Origin: Nemertoderma westbladi
Lineage: Eukaryota > Animalia > Xenacoelomorpha
Reading direction: 5' to 3'
DNA: 64,000 bases
Assembly: GCA_032718475.1 (NCBI GenBank)
Contig: JAUCBJ010006157.1
Coordinates: 1 to 64,000, forward strand
A program made the translations under genes and the position numbers. Positions 13,501 to 27,200 of the stretch are shown here, piece after piece. The notes under the pieces are model-generated. The model did not search any database, was not told the DNA's origin, and saw only the letters and a program-made list of their open reading frames with translations. Position 1 is the first letter of the stretch; each line of letters starts with the position of its first letter.

Positions 13501-16500
13501 GTGTAGGTTCAACAGTAGGTTGATATTGATAGAGAGGTGAGCTGCTACCACAATATAGTATGTCAGCTGGTGTAGGTTCAATAGTAGGTTGATATTGTAG
13601 AGAGGTGAGTTGCTACCACAATATTGTATGTCAGCTGGTGTAGGTTCAACAGTAGGTTGATATTGTAGAGAGGTGAGTTGCTACCACAATATAGTATGTC
13701 AGCTGGTGTAGGTTCAATAGTAGGTTGATATTGTAGAGAGGTGAGTTGCTACCACAATATTGTATGTCAGCTGGTGTAGGTTCAACAGTAGGTTGATATT
13801 GTAGAGAGGTGAGTTGCTACCACAATATAGTATGTCAGCTGGTGTAGGTTCAACAGTAGGTTGATATTGATAGAGAGGTGAGCTGCTACCACAATATTGT
13901 ATGTCAGTGCTGGTGTAGGTTCAACAGTAGGTTGATATTGTAGAGAGGTGAGTTGCTACCACAATATAGTATGTCAGCTGGTGTAGGTTCAACAGTAGGT
14001 TGATATGATAGAGAGGTGAGCTGCTACCACTAATAGTTGCATGTTAGTTGGTGTAGGTACAACAACAGCTGTTAATGTTGTAGGTAGCTAGCCATTTAAC
14101 CACTAATTATTCCGAAATTGCTATTGGTCAGCTATTTTTCTTAAAGATTTTGATTTTATCGAAACTAAATGGCCACGTTTAATTTACAGTTTTTTTACTA
14201 TTATTTACAGGTATCCAAATATGATTAAACGGCAATTAATATATTATGACGAGTCGATTTGCAAATTCTTTGATCTTTCCCGATTACATCCTGAGGCAAG
14301 TTAAATGATTATTTGTTATGATGAAATTCAGTCAGGACAGTAACTGACATTCAGTCAGGTGCCTGTATCTGACATCCCATATAAATCGTAGATCATAAGT
14401 TTTGGTTTTACATTTATTCCCCACAGGACCCCGGCGCGAAAGATTTCTCTTTATTTCCGGGTCTGCCCCCGGAAGAGTTGGAGAAAAACCCGAGAAGAAG
14501 GATGACTAAATCGAAAAAAAGTACAGGGAAAGCGCCCTCCAGAGAAGGTGAGTGTGGAAATTTAGTCGGTGGGTCGGTCGGTTGGACGTAGAGTCGGACG
14601 TTCGATTCGTCGGACGGTCAGTATGACGGACGGCTGGGTCGACGGACGGACTGTCGGTTACTCGCTACCAACGGTTTTCTTTTCTTTCTTTCAGGAACTC
14701 AGAGTTTAGTTGGAACTCCCCGAACTGCTGATGGAACGACACCGGAACAAGAGATCGAGAAAGAAAAACTGAAACAAATAATTCAGGATATTCTAGAAAC
14801 CAGCCAGGGTACAACCTTCTATGTTCTATCTGGTATGCTAATAAAATACTACAGTGATATATTATTAATTACCAATATTCATTTTAAATGTATCGTTAAA
14901 TATTTTAATCTTAAATATATATAAAAGGTTAAAGGTATATTTATCTTAAAAGGCCGGTTAATGTAACGCTATTTAAAGCCTTGGATATTATTGCATGTAA
15001 CTCGAACTTGTGCAAACTTGGGAGAATCATTGTCGTAACTAGAAAACTTTCATATAATTTCACAAATGATTCCAATATAAGAATACCCCTTTATTTTGAT
15101 TTGCGCAGACTACAGTGCTGTATATTCCACCGACTGCTGTGTCAATCATTCAACCTATTGCTAATTATTTCTGATAATTATTATCTCAGTTGCTGGTAAA
15201 AGTGAATCTCGAGAAAAGACTTCTAGTTTTGTTGAAGAAAACGATGCTGAAAAAGATACCGACAGTGCTAGTAATCATTTTGAAACCATTGACGATGAAG
15301 TTGCAGAAACTGATTATCTAGAAGCTTTTGGCATACCGACAGTACTTATTGTAAATGTTAAAGATACAATCAGGTTAGCAGAACGGCGTTAGTATATGTA
15401 TGATTGAAATTATTTTATAAATAATTAACTTAACAATCGATGTACGTGATACTGTTAGTGGCCGTGATATTGGTGATTTTTCAAATTTGTTATCATTATT
15501 TTTATGTTAATTTCGACTCGTGTGTTACAAAGGAATTTGAAGAGTTTTAAGAGTAAATTTGATTTTGAATTTAAATCAGGAATGAAATGTTGGAACACCT
15601 GGAGACATGGCGAGTGGATGCTGTCGACCGCTCTAAGGCGGTTGTTCAAGCGAAAGGGGAGGAGCTGGAAAACGAATTGGAGCTTAGGAAACATTTACAC
15701 GAACCTCGGACGCGGCGGGTCGAGAAAGATGTTCGAAACGTACGAGCGGGTTCGTCAATTAGTTTATTAATAAACAAAATTAATTAACGTTATTTGTTTT
15801 TACAAAAGGGATAAAAAGCGATTTTTACAAATGTGATATTTGTAACTAATGATATTTCTAGCTGAGTTGGTACTGCATAGAGCAAGGGTAGAGCAACACA
15901 TTGAAGGGATTAATAACACATTACTGGATCTAAAGAAAGGTTTCACTGAGATGGGAGCTGATCACGATGTGCAACACGAACGTTTCAAGAAAGATATTGA
16001 CGCCCTAGAGAAGGACTTCCTAAACGCTACTAAAGCTAAAAGGTTAGTCGCTGTAAAGCTCTTACAGCTGATTCGTCCCCAAAGGTGCGTCTCTCTCGTA
16101 TTGGTCATCTACTAACAACGCTGCAACACTTACAATACAAACTGATCTCAACTGCATAAGTTCAATTCCTGACTATCAATGAATTGTCATATTCTAGAAC
16201 AACAACAACAACAACAACGAACCAGAAATCTATTTTAATATTTGATCTTTCAGTTGGAATATTTCAGATAAATTTCCAAAAAGGATTTAATATATTTTTA
16301 GATATATACATATTTTACCTGTATATTTCGTACCATCGATGCTTTCTATAAAATATTTTATAATGAAGTCATGTATTTATTTATGCTATGAAACATTTTC
16401 TTTATTTTTGATTTAGAGTAATTTCACAGGCTTTGGGCATTTTTTAGTTTTAGTTTTAGATAATTTCATTAAGTAATATAATTAATCATAATTTTGTTCA

Positions 16501-19500
16501 TTCGCACTCAGGTCTAATAACAGCTGGTATGTTTTTACGTTCGGTTTAAATAAATGTCAAGCTAACAGTGTTTTAGTACTGTTACTGTATTACTGTTACT
16601 GTTACTGTACCTTTACTGAATGTCTAGTTTACTGTGATCTAGTACAGTTACTGAATATCTAGTTTACTGTGATCTAGTACTGTTACTGAATATCTAGTTT
16701 ACTGTGATCTAGTACTGTTACTGAATGTCTAGTTTACTGTGATCTAGTACTGTTACTGAATGTCTAGTTTACTGTGATCTAGTACTGTTACTGAATGTCT
16801 AGTTTACTGTGATCTAGTACTGTTACTGAATATCTAGTTTACTGTGATCTAGTACTGTTACGGAATATCTAGTTTACTGTGATCTAGTACTGTTACTGAA
16901 TGTCTAGTTTACTGTGATCTAGTACTGTTACTGAATATCTAGTTTACTGTGATCTAGTACTGTTACTGAATGTCTAGTTTACTGTGATCTAGTACTGTTA
17001 CTGAATGTCTAGTTTACTGTGATCTAGTACTGTTACTGAATGTCTAGTTTACTGTGATCTAGTACTGTTACTGAATGTCTAGTTTACTGTGATCTAGTAC
17101 TGTTACTGAATATCTAGTTTACTGTGATCTAGTACTGTTACTGAATGTCTAGTTTACTGTGATCTAGTACTGTTACTGAATGTCTAGTTTATTGTGATCT
17201 AGTACTGTTACTGAATGTCTAGTTTACTGTGATCTAGTACTGTTACTGAATATCTAGTTTACTGTGATCTAGTACTGTTACGGAATATCTAGTTTACTGT
17301 GATCTAGTACTGTTACTGAATATCTAGTTTACTGTGATCTAGTACTGTTACTGAATGTCTAGTTTACTGTGATCTAGTACTGTTACTGAATGTCTAGTTT
17401 ACTGTGATCTAGTACTGTTACTGAATATCTAGTTTACTGTGATCTAGTACTGTTACGGAATATCTAGTTTACTGTGATCTAGTACTGTTACTGAATGTCT
17501 AGTTTACTGTGATCTAGTACTGTTACTGAATGTCTAGTTTACTGTGATCTAGTACTGTTACTGAATGTCTAGTTTACTGTGATCTAGTACTGTTACTGAA
17601 TGTCTAGTTTACTGTGATCTAGTACTGTTACTGAATGTCTAGTTTACTGTGATCTAGTACTGTTACTGAATGTCTAGTTTACTGTGATCTAGTACTGTTA
17701 CTGAATGTCTAGTTTACTGTGATCTAGTACTGTTACTGAATGTCTAGTTTACTGTGATCTAGTACTGTTACTGAATGTCTAGTTTACTGTGATCTAGTAC
17801 TGTTACTGAATGTCTAGTTTACTGTGATCTAGTACTGTTACTGAATGTCTAGTTTACTGTGATCTAGTACTGTTACTGAATGTCTAGTTTACTGTGATCT
17901 AGTACTGTTACTGAATGTCTAGTTTACTGTGATCTAGTACTGTTACTGAATGTCTAGTTTACTGTGATCTAGTACTGTTACTGAATGTCTAGTTTACTGT
18001 GATCTAGTACTGTTACTGAATGTCTAGTTTACTGTGATCTAGTACTGTTACTGAATGTCTAGTTTACTGTGATCTAGTACTGTTACTGAATGTCTAGTTT
18101 ACTGTGATCTAGTACTGTTACTGAATGTCTAGTTTACTGTGATCTAGTACTGTTACTGAATGTCTAGTTTACTGTGATCTAGTACTGTTACTGAATGTCT
18201 AGTTTACTGTGATCTAGTACTGTTACTGAATGTCTAGTTTACTGTGATCTAGTACTGTTACTGAATGTCTAGTTTACTGTGATCTAGTACTGTTACTGAA
18301 TGTCTAGTTTACTGTGATCTAGTACTGTTACTGAATGTCTAGTTTACTGTGATCTAGTACTGTTACTGAATGTCTAGTTTACTGTGATCTAGTACTGTTA
18401 CTGAATGTCTAGTTTACTGTGATCTAGTACTGTTACTGAATGTCTAGTTTACTGTGATCTAGTACTGTTACTGAATGTCTAGTTTACTGTGATCTAGTAC
18501 TGTTACTGAATGTCTAGTTTACTGTGATCTAGTACTGTTACTGAATGTCTAGTTTACTGTGATCTAGTACTGTTACTGAATGTCTAGTTTACTGTGATCT
18601 AGTACTGTTACTGAATGTCTAGTTTACTGTGATCTAGTACTGTTACTGAATGTCTAGTTTACTGTGATCTAGTACTGTTACTGAATGTCTAGTTTACTGT
18701 GATCTAGTACTGTTACTGAATGTCTAGTTTACTGTGATCTAGTACTGTTACTGAATGTCTAGTTTACTGTGATCTAGTACCTGTTACTGAATGTCTAGTT
18801 TACTGTGATCTAGTACTGTTACTGAATGTCTAGTTTACTGTGATCTAGTACTGTTGCTGAATGTCTAGTTTACTGTGATCTAGTACTGTTACTGAATGTC
18901 TAGTTTACTGTGATCTAGTACTGTTACTGAATGTCTAGTTTACTGTGATCTAGTACTGTTACTGAATGTCTAGTTTACTGTGATCTAGTACTGCTGCTGA
19001 ATGTCTAGTTTACTGTGATCTAGTACTGTTACTGAATGTCTAGTTTACTGTGATCTAGTACTGTTACTGAATGTCTAGTTTACTGTGATCTAGTACTGTT
19101 ACTGAATGTCTAGTTTACTGTGATCTAGTACTGTTACTGAATGTCTAGTTTACTGTGATCTAGTACTGTTACTGAATGTCTAGTTTACTGTGATCTAGTA
19201 CTGTTACTGAATGTCTAGTTTACTGTGATCTAGTACTGCTGCTGAATGTCTAGTTTACTGTGATCTAGTACTGTTACTGAATGTCTAGTTTACTGTGATC
19301 TAGTACTGTTACTGAATGTCTAGTTTACTGTGATCTAGTACTGTTACTTAATGTCTAGTTTACTGTGATCTAGTACTGTTACTGAATGTCTAGTTTACAG
19401 TGATCTAGTACTATATCGATGTTTCTTAGTCTTAGTTTTTTTCTTCATCTTTCTTTGTAGTTCGTTGCTACGTATTTTTTTCCCGATGATATGAAGTGGT

Positions 19501-22500
19501 ATGCCCTAGCCAACGGTGTCGTAGAATAATTCATGTTAAAGTAAAAAGAGGGTCTAATTGTCTAATATAATTACATAATACAAAGTAAACCTATTTCACC
19601 CAACCTAGAACTATAATTCATTTCAACCCCACCATAACGTCATACACTATTTCACCCAACCTAGAACTATAATTCATTTCAACCCCACCATAACGTCATA
19701 CACTATTTCACCCAACCTTGAACTATAATTCGTTTCAACCCCACCATAACGTCATACACTATTTCACCCAACCTAGAACTATAATTCATTTCAACCCCAC
19801 CATAACGTCATACACTATTTCACCCAACCTTGAACTATAATTCGTTTCAACCCCACCATAACGTCATACACTATTTCACCCAACCTTGCTTGAACTATAA
19901 TTCGTTTCAACCCCACCATAACGTCATACACTATTTCACCCAACCTTGAACTATAATTCATTTCAACCCCACCATAACGTCATACACTATTTCACCCAAC
20001 CTAGAACTATAATTCATTTCAACCCCACCATAACGTCATACACTATTTCACCCAACCTAGAACTATAATTCGTTTCAACCCCACCATAACGTCATACACT
20101 ATTTCACCCAACCTTGAACTATAATTCGTTTCAACCCCACCATAACGTCATACACTATTTCACCCAACCTAGAACTATAATTCATTTCAACCCCACCATA
20201 ACGTCATACACTATTTCACCCAACCTTGAACTATAATTCGTTTCAACCCCACCATAACGTCATACACTATTTCACCCAACCTTGCTTGAACTATAATTCG
20301 TTTCAACCCCACCATAACGTCATACACTATTTCACCCAACCTAGAACTATAATTCATTTCAACCCCACCATAACGTCATACACTATTTCACCCAACCTTG
20401 AACTATAATTCGTTTCAACCCCACCATAACGTCATACACTATTTCACCCAACCTTGCTTGAACTATAATTCGTTTCAACCCCACCATAACGTCATACACT
20501 ATTTCACCCAACCTTGAACTATAATTCATTTCAACCCCACCATAACGTCATACACTATTTCACCCAACCTAGAACTATAATTCATTTCAACCCCACCATA
20601 ACGTCATACACTATTTCACCCAACCTAGAACTATAATTCATTTCAACCCCACCATAACGTCTTACACTATTTCACCCAACCTAGAACTATAATTCGTGCT
20701 TATATTTTCAATTTAAACATTATATTATTATACAATTTTAAATTTAATCATTATATTTCAAACAACTAACTTTTGTACGTCTTGCCGAGAACTATAAATT
20801 TACAAGTTGCAATGTTATATTTGCTATTAGCTATTAGTTATTATTATTATTAGTTTTATTTTTGCTGACAACCTTCAAGACACATTTTGATTCATAATTA
20901 TAGACACACTTATATAGTAGACCTTTATTACGTTCTTTACTGTTGGAAATATGTAATAATGCGGTGGAGGGATTTTTGAATTTATACGTACGTATTCTTT
21001 TATTTGGTGGTGCATTCCTGTATTCTCTAAGTCTGAGGTAGGCCGGTAGGCCGAAAGCTTTTACTTTATATTATGTAATTATATTAGCAAATTAGACCAT
21101 CTTTTACTTTAACATGAATTATTTTTTTCCCGAGCAGGCTGAATGTTTAGTTCGGTGTTACGTAATTATTCATGTGCAGCCTGAATGTTTAACTAAATTT
21201 TAATATTAACGAGACCCCAAGGGACAAGATGTATAATGTTATTATCTGTGTTTGGTAAAAATAAAGGTTGCAGGAACTTTCCAAACAACTCAACGTTGAG
21301 AAAGAACGTTATATGTCGGTTATCAGAGCTTCTCTGAGGAACTTTAGACAACGCCTTGACAACACCAATCAGATGCTGAGGGATTCCAATGGCTTATTCA
21401 TCCAATCATTCAGGTAAGATTTACTATTTGACACTTACTTAGCTTCCTATTGTGATTGCTTATTTAATGCTATAAGCCCTCATCTATTAGTATAATATAG
21501 TAACATCATAGTAATTATCTAACTTGTTTCATCTATTAAATGTCTGTGATTTGGTTTCAGGGTATTTTCTGACGGTGGAAACTTTTGTCCCGATGAGATA
21601 GTGGATTTTAAGCATCTCCTCGATAAGATGACAAAGGATATAGATCAGACAGAGGGTTACATAATGGCTGACCTCGAGAAAATGGAATCCGACCGTTTGG
21701 ATAAGGCCTCCTTAGTTACCAGTAAATTCGAAGACAGGTAGTTATAGATTTTTCTGTCATTCAATTTTTAGTAACATAAATAAGTCAATGATTTCCTGTT
21801 AATTATGTTTAATTGTCTCCATAGATTTAAGCACCATTTTACCGATTTGGTTTACTTGGAGAAGGTCGGGCGATGGTTAACAAACACCCAAGTTAATATA
21901 AAGGCCGAAGTTGCTGATAGCAACGGTCAAAGCCAAAGATTCGAATTCATGTTGAATAAACTAGAAAAACGTATTGATGCTTGCAGTAACCCAAATCTGG
22001 AAAAAGAGGTAGGCATTTATTGTAACCCTAATCTAGAGACAGAGGTAGGCATTTATTGTAACCCTAATCTAGAGACAGAGGTAGGCATTTATTGTAACCC
22101 TAATCTAGAGACAGAGGTAGGCATTTATTGTAACCCTAATCTAGAGACAGAGGTAGGCATTTATTGTAACCCTAATCTAGAGACAGAGGTAAGCATTTAT
22201 TTTAACCCTAATCTAGAGACAGTGGTAGGCATTTATTGTAACCCTAATCTAGAGACAGTGGTAGGCATTTATTGTAACCCTAATCTAGAGACAGAGGTAG
22301 GCATTTATTGTAACCCTAATCTAGAGACAGAGGTAGGCATTTATTGTAACCCTAATCTAGAGACAGAGGTAAGCATTTATTTTAACCCTAATCTAGAGAC
22401 AGAGGTAGGCATTTATTGTAACCCTAATCTAGAGACAGAGGTAGGCATTTATTGTAACCCTAATCTAGAGACAGAGGTAGGCATTTATTGTAACCCTAAT

Positions 22501-24158
22501 CTAGAGACAGTGGTAGGCGTTTATTGTAACCGTAATCTAGAGACAGAGGTAGGCATTTATTGTAACCCTAATCTAGAGACAGTGGTAGGCATTTATTGTA
22601 ACCCTAATCTAGAGACAGAGGTAGGCATTTATTGTAACCCTAATCTAGAGACAGAGGTAGGCATTTATTGTAACCCTAATCTAGAGACAGAGGTAGGCAT
22701 TTATTGTAACTTGGAGAAAGACGTAGATTTTTGGGATTTTCAGGATCGAGACGGAATAGCCAATCTCGGAATCCCGATTTTCGGGATAGGGATATCAATT
22801 TTAAAATAATTTTCCTGAAGTATTTATTAATTAACTTATTAATAGCTACTTATTGTAACTACCAGATAATATTTCATTTTTTCCTAGTTTGCACTGTTTG
22901 GTCGTGGAAAAAATATACCCGCAGACTCCAAGACAGCTAAACTACTTGCAGAGGTTATTTCGTTTTGTCGTACACAACATATCATATCACTTACGGGTAT
23001 CATTATTTGCATGGTTATTTATTATCTATCGTAGGCAACATCTACACGGTTCCTTCTAAAGGAACCATAAACAATACAAATGAACCTATAGAACCCAGAA
23101 GAACCACAAAACTCACATAAGAACCTCAAAGAACCTAATCTCCACCTTGTCCTAGAATCTCAACTTCTTTTCATTCTAACTAACTAACGAGCCTAACCTA
23201 ACCTTATTGATGGAAAATACGGAATGGGGACATGCTAAGTCTATTGGGGTTCCATTGCGTTCTTTTGGGAGTTCAGTAGGACCGCATCTACACATAACAT
23301 ATCGTTCATGACTTAATATTAATCAATCACACCGCAGCTGTTGATTAAATAATTGAGGTTTTTTATTGTCTCAGATTTTACCTTCTAATTGTTGTAAATA
23401 ATAACGGCAATTAAATGACTTTGTAGCCAATCTTATCAAATTAGCCAATCAACAATGTCCAATAACATCTAACGACATCACAAGAAACTGACATGATATT
23501 TATATAGTAAGAATAATATTGGAGAATATGGGTTGATCCTGTATTTATTCCGTAGGATAATAATTTCGGTAATTATTGTTTGAGCTGCTTCATAATTCTT
23601 TCATATATCACTGATTTTTTTCATTGTTGGTTGTCTCTCTCTCTCACGTTGATTTCATTTTTGTTAAAGGAATGTTTTCGCTGTTCCCTTTTCACGTCCT
23701 TTTTCTCTCTATCTTATTTTACCGTTTACTTTCGGTTTATTTAATTTGTATTTGTTAAAAATAATATTCCGTAAATTAAATTATTAAATATTCTTAAAAG
23801 GATTTGGATGAGGAATAAAAAAAAGTGCAAGAGTAAACTCTCCTTATCTCCTTACAGTGTATTGTATCTTACAAGGAATCTAAATTCTATTCACCAATAT
23901 CATTGCGATGCATGGATTGAATTCATTATGTCATAACTTAATTTATTGTATTTAATTTAACGCGATTTTACTTACGCAATAAAAGTAAGTAGGACTAATT
24001 TAATTTAATAACAAAAAATCATAATTTAAGTGTAGTTTACTTGTTACTTCATTATGTCTCATTTAGGCTTAACGATTAGTGCGATGTAAATGTCGCCGTT
24101 GTTTTGTAAGTGCTAGTTTTATAGCGAATGAAAGAAATATTAATAATAATAGTTCAAC

Positions 24159-24220
<62 letters not shown>

Positions 24221-27200
24221 TTGTATTTGTGTTGCAGCGAATAACTGCTCCCGAGCTTCAGGAATCCCTCCAGACGTTATTCAACCAGGCCTGGAATCGG
24301 TGTCACTATCTGGACTGCCTCAGGAAGGGGGTCTCTGTTCCGTTACCTGGGCAACCCGTAGGTAAACCCACGACTAACACGCCGATTACAACTCAACCTT
24401 CGGTGTCCGGGTTACAGGCCGGCCGGGTGGGATTCGCTTCCGATAATAGACTGGGTAAACCCGATGATAGTTCCACATCCATTATAAAGGCAATTCTAAA
24501 GTGAGTAAAATGTCTTGAGTAATTCTCCAAGGATCTATGGTGGATGATTAAGGGTGGGTTATAATGGTGGGTTATAATAGCCATTGTATGCTAAATGCAA
24601 GATTGTTTACCGTAAATTTGTTGTAGTAAATTCTTAAATAGATATTAATTTCACCAATATTATTATTATTATTATTAATGAGAAAATAAATGTCGATATC
24701 TTTAACATTAATTAAGAGACTCGGTGGTCAGCTAATATTTGTGTCGTTTCTCCCCTGGAGTGGAATTCATTTTGAACCCCCCCCCCCCCCCCCCCCCCCT
24801 CATATTGCCATCACAATATTAATATCCTCGGTTGTCATGGTTTTATTTACTGACTTTAGGGCCCAGGACGACAAACTAGACGGAAGTCGCGGTAAGACGC
24901 TAGAGGTCCCACCGCGAACTGGGAAGCAGACGACCACAGGAACCCGGTCTGAGACCGGTGGTCTGCCAGACGTAGGTGGAGGGGTGTCTGGGAGCAGACG
25001 GGGTACAGCCGTCAGTGTCGAAAGCAGCTCAAAGAGATCAGGAAGGTAATAGCAAATATAGTTTATTTTATTTAGTATGGCCCTAATTACTGTTAGTAAT
25101 TAACTAATCTACAGTAGCAGTAGATGGAGGGCGGGCCTGTATACTTTACTTACCTTATAATTTACGTGGTAATACGTCTGTATTATGTTGGGGAAGAACC
25201 GGACTTAAGTGTTGTATCTTTGATTAATTAAAGCAGCTAGTCCGAAAAAAAAAATAATAACAGGCCGTGTTTGGGGAGATTTTGTTGACTTTCATGTCGT
25301 ACAGTAAGTTTACATTAAAGTTGTATCTTTTGTTTTTGTTACAACTTAGGAGGAATATTGCACTTCTCGGTCGAACATGGTTTGTATTGGGCGAAAGACC
25401 GTGTGAATTATTTATAAAACAATCGCATCCCGTTTATTTATTTGACACACAAGAATTCCCCGATTGTTGATAAAGTGATACCCATGAATTAATACCCTCC
25501 TACCCCTATTTACCCTCTCTGCCTTTCTTTAGAATAAACGTTGTGTGACCCCCGAGATATTTGTTTTCCTTTGACACCCAAGAATACCCATAGGTCTGTC
25601 ACTTTGTAGTTGTTTGATACGCACGCACCCAACTCACGCTGGTAATATTGTTATTCTCACTAAAAAATTCAAAATTTATATTATATTTAATTTAAGCCTA
25701 CACTAACGGTTAAAAAGTTGTAAAAAGTAATGTAACTTTCGAAGAAAATTTTGACCTTACAATGTAGCCTCCTTTTAAATCAGGAGTTTTTCCACGTAAC
25801 TTAATAATTAATTTAATTAAATCGATATTAACCTACACGAAGTGGGGCCTTCGCGCAGCACGTGACTTAATTATACTTAGTTATACATTTCGCCCTCTAG
25901 CGGCAGACTGGAGGACTCCAGACCGTTTACTGCCCACCAAAGACTCAGGCCGACTTCTACTACATATCTGCTACGTTTCAGCTTGAACGGATCATAAATA
26001 AAGAGATGGGAGAAAGATTTCACTTTCAAACATTTCGCCCTCTAGCGGCAGACTGAAGAACTGCACACGGATTAGCCTTCAATTCAATTCAATTCAATTC
26101 CTTTTTTCAAAGTCACAGCTAATGGTCTAGTACATATCTGCCAAGTTTCAGCATAAATGGATTAAAAGGAAAGAAATGGGAGGACATTTAACGTTTAGAC
26201 ATGTGGCCCTCTAGCAGGAGACTATTGCTCTGATGGTGTCTGAAAGTCTCTCAAACGTCTCAACTTTAGCTCATATTGATACCTACAAATTTTCAACTTG
26301 GCAGCTTTAAATCCGATTCAGACCTTTGGCCCTCTAGCGGCAGACTGGAGAACTGCAGATGGATTCGCCTCCTTTGAAAGTCACAGCTAATGGTCTAATA
26401 CATATCTGCCAAGTTTCAGCTTAAACGGATTAAAAGCAAAGAAATGGGAGGGCATTTAATGTTTAGACATGTGGCCCTCTAGCGGGAGACCATTGCACTG
26501 ATGGTGTCTGAAAGTCTCTCAAAAATCTCAACTTTTGCTCATATTGATACCTACAAATTTTCAACTTGGCAGCTTTAAATCCGACAAAGTTATTAGCATG
26601 TCAAAATCGTAACGACGACGACGACGACAACGACGACGACGACGACGACGACAACGACGACGACGACAACTATTTGCATAAATTGACCCACCCCCTAACA
26701 GTGTCAATTCGCTAAGGCTCCGCCAACTTCGTGGCTCGCCCCACAAACAACTAGTAAACTTGTAGACAAAGTTATGAATATAAGAACATAAAATTAAAGC
26801 GACTCTCTTTTTATTTGCAGCGCAAAAAGTGGAAAAGGACCTCGTTTCGACAAAAAATACATGGTGTTTGGAGATAAGTCGGATGTTATTGACGGGTAGG
26901 TGTTTGGAGATAAGTCGGATGTTATTGACGGGTAGGTGTTTGGAGATAAGTCGGATGTTATTGACGGGTAGGTGTTTACAGATAAGTCGGATGTTATTGA
27001 CGGGTAGGTGTTTGGAGATAAGTCGGATGTTATTGACGGGTAGGTGTTTACAGATAAGTCGGATGTTATTGAAGGGTAGGTGTTTACAGATAAGTCGGAT
27101 GTTATTGACGGGTAGGTGTTTACAGATAAGTCGGATGTTATTGACGGGCAGGTGTTTACAGATAAGTCGGATGTTATTGACGGGTAGGTGTTTGGAGATA

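Noticed and set aside
8273-14070. CRISPR-like appearance of the regular arrays
   Set aside because: The units are head-to-tail with no unique spacers, there are no cas genes, and the context is a spliceosomal intron.
24777-24799. Poly-C and poly-G runs (also about 36,030 and 61,290) as G-quadruplex elements
   Set aside because: The latter two lie in TE-like sequence, homopolymer lengths are unreliable, and nothing else supports a function.
26561-26746. Arg-rich protamine-like ORFs here and at 60,294-60,503
   Set aside because: They come from the (GTC)n tract of a repeated non-autonomous element.
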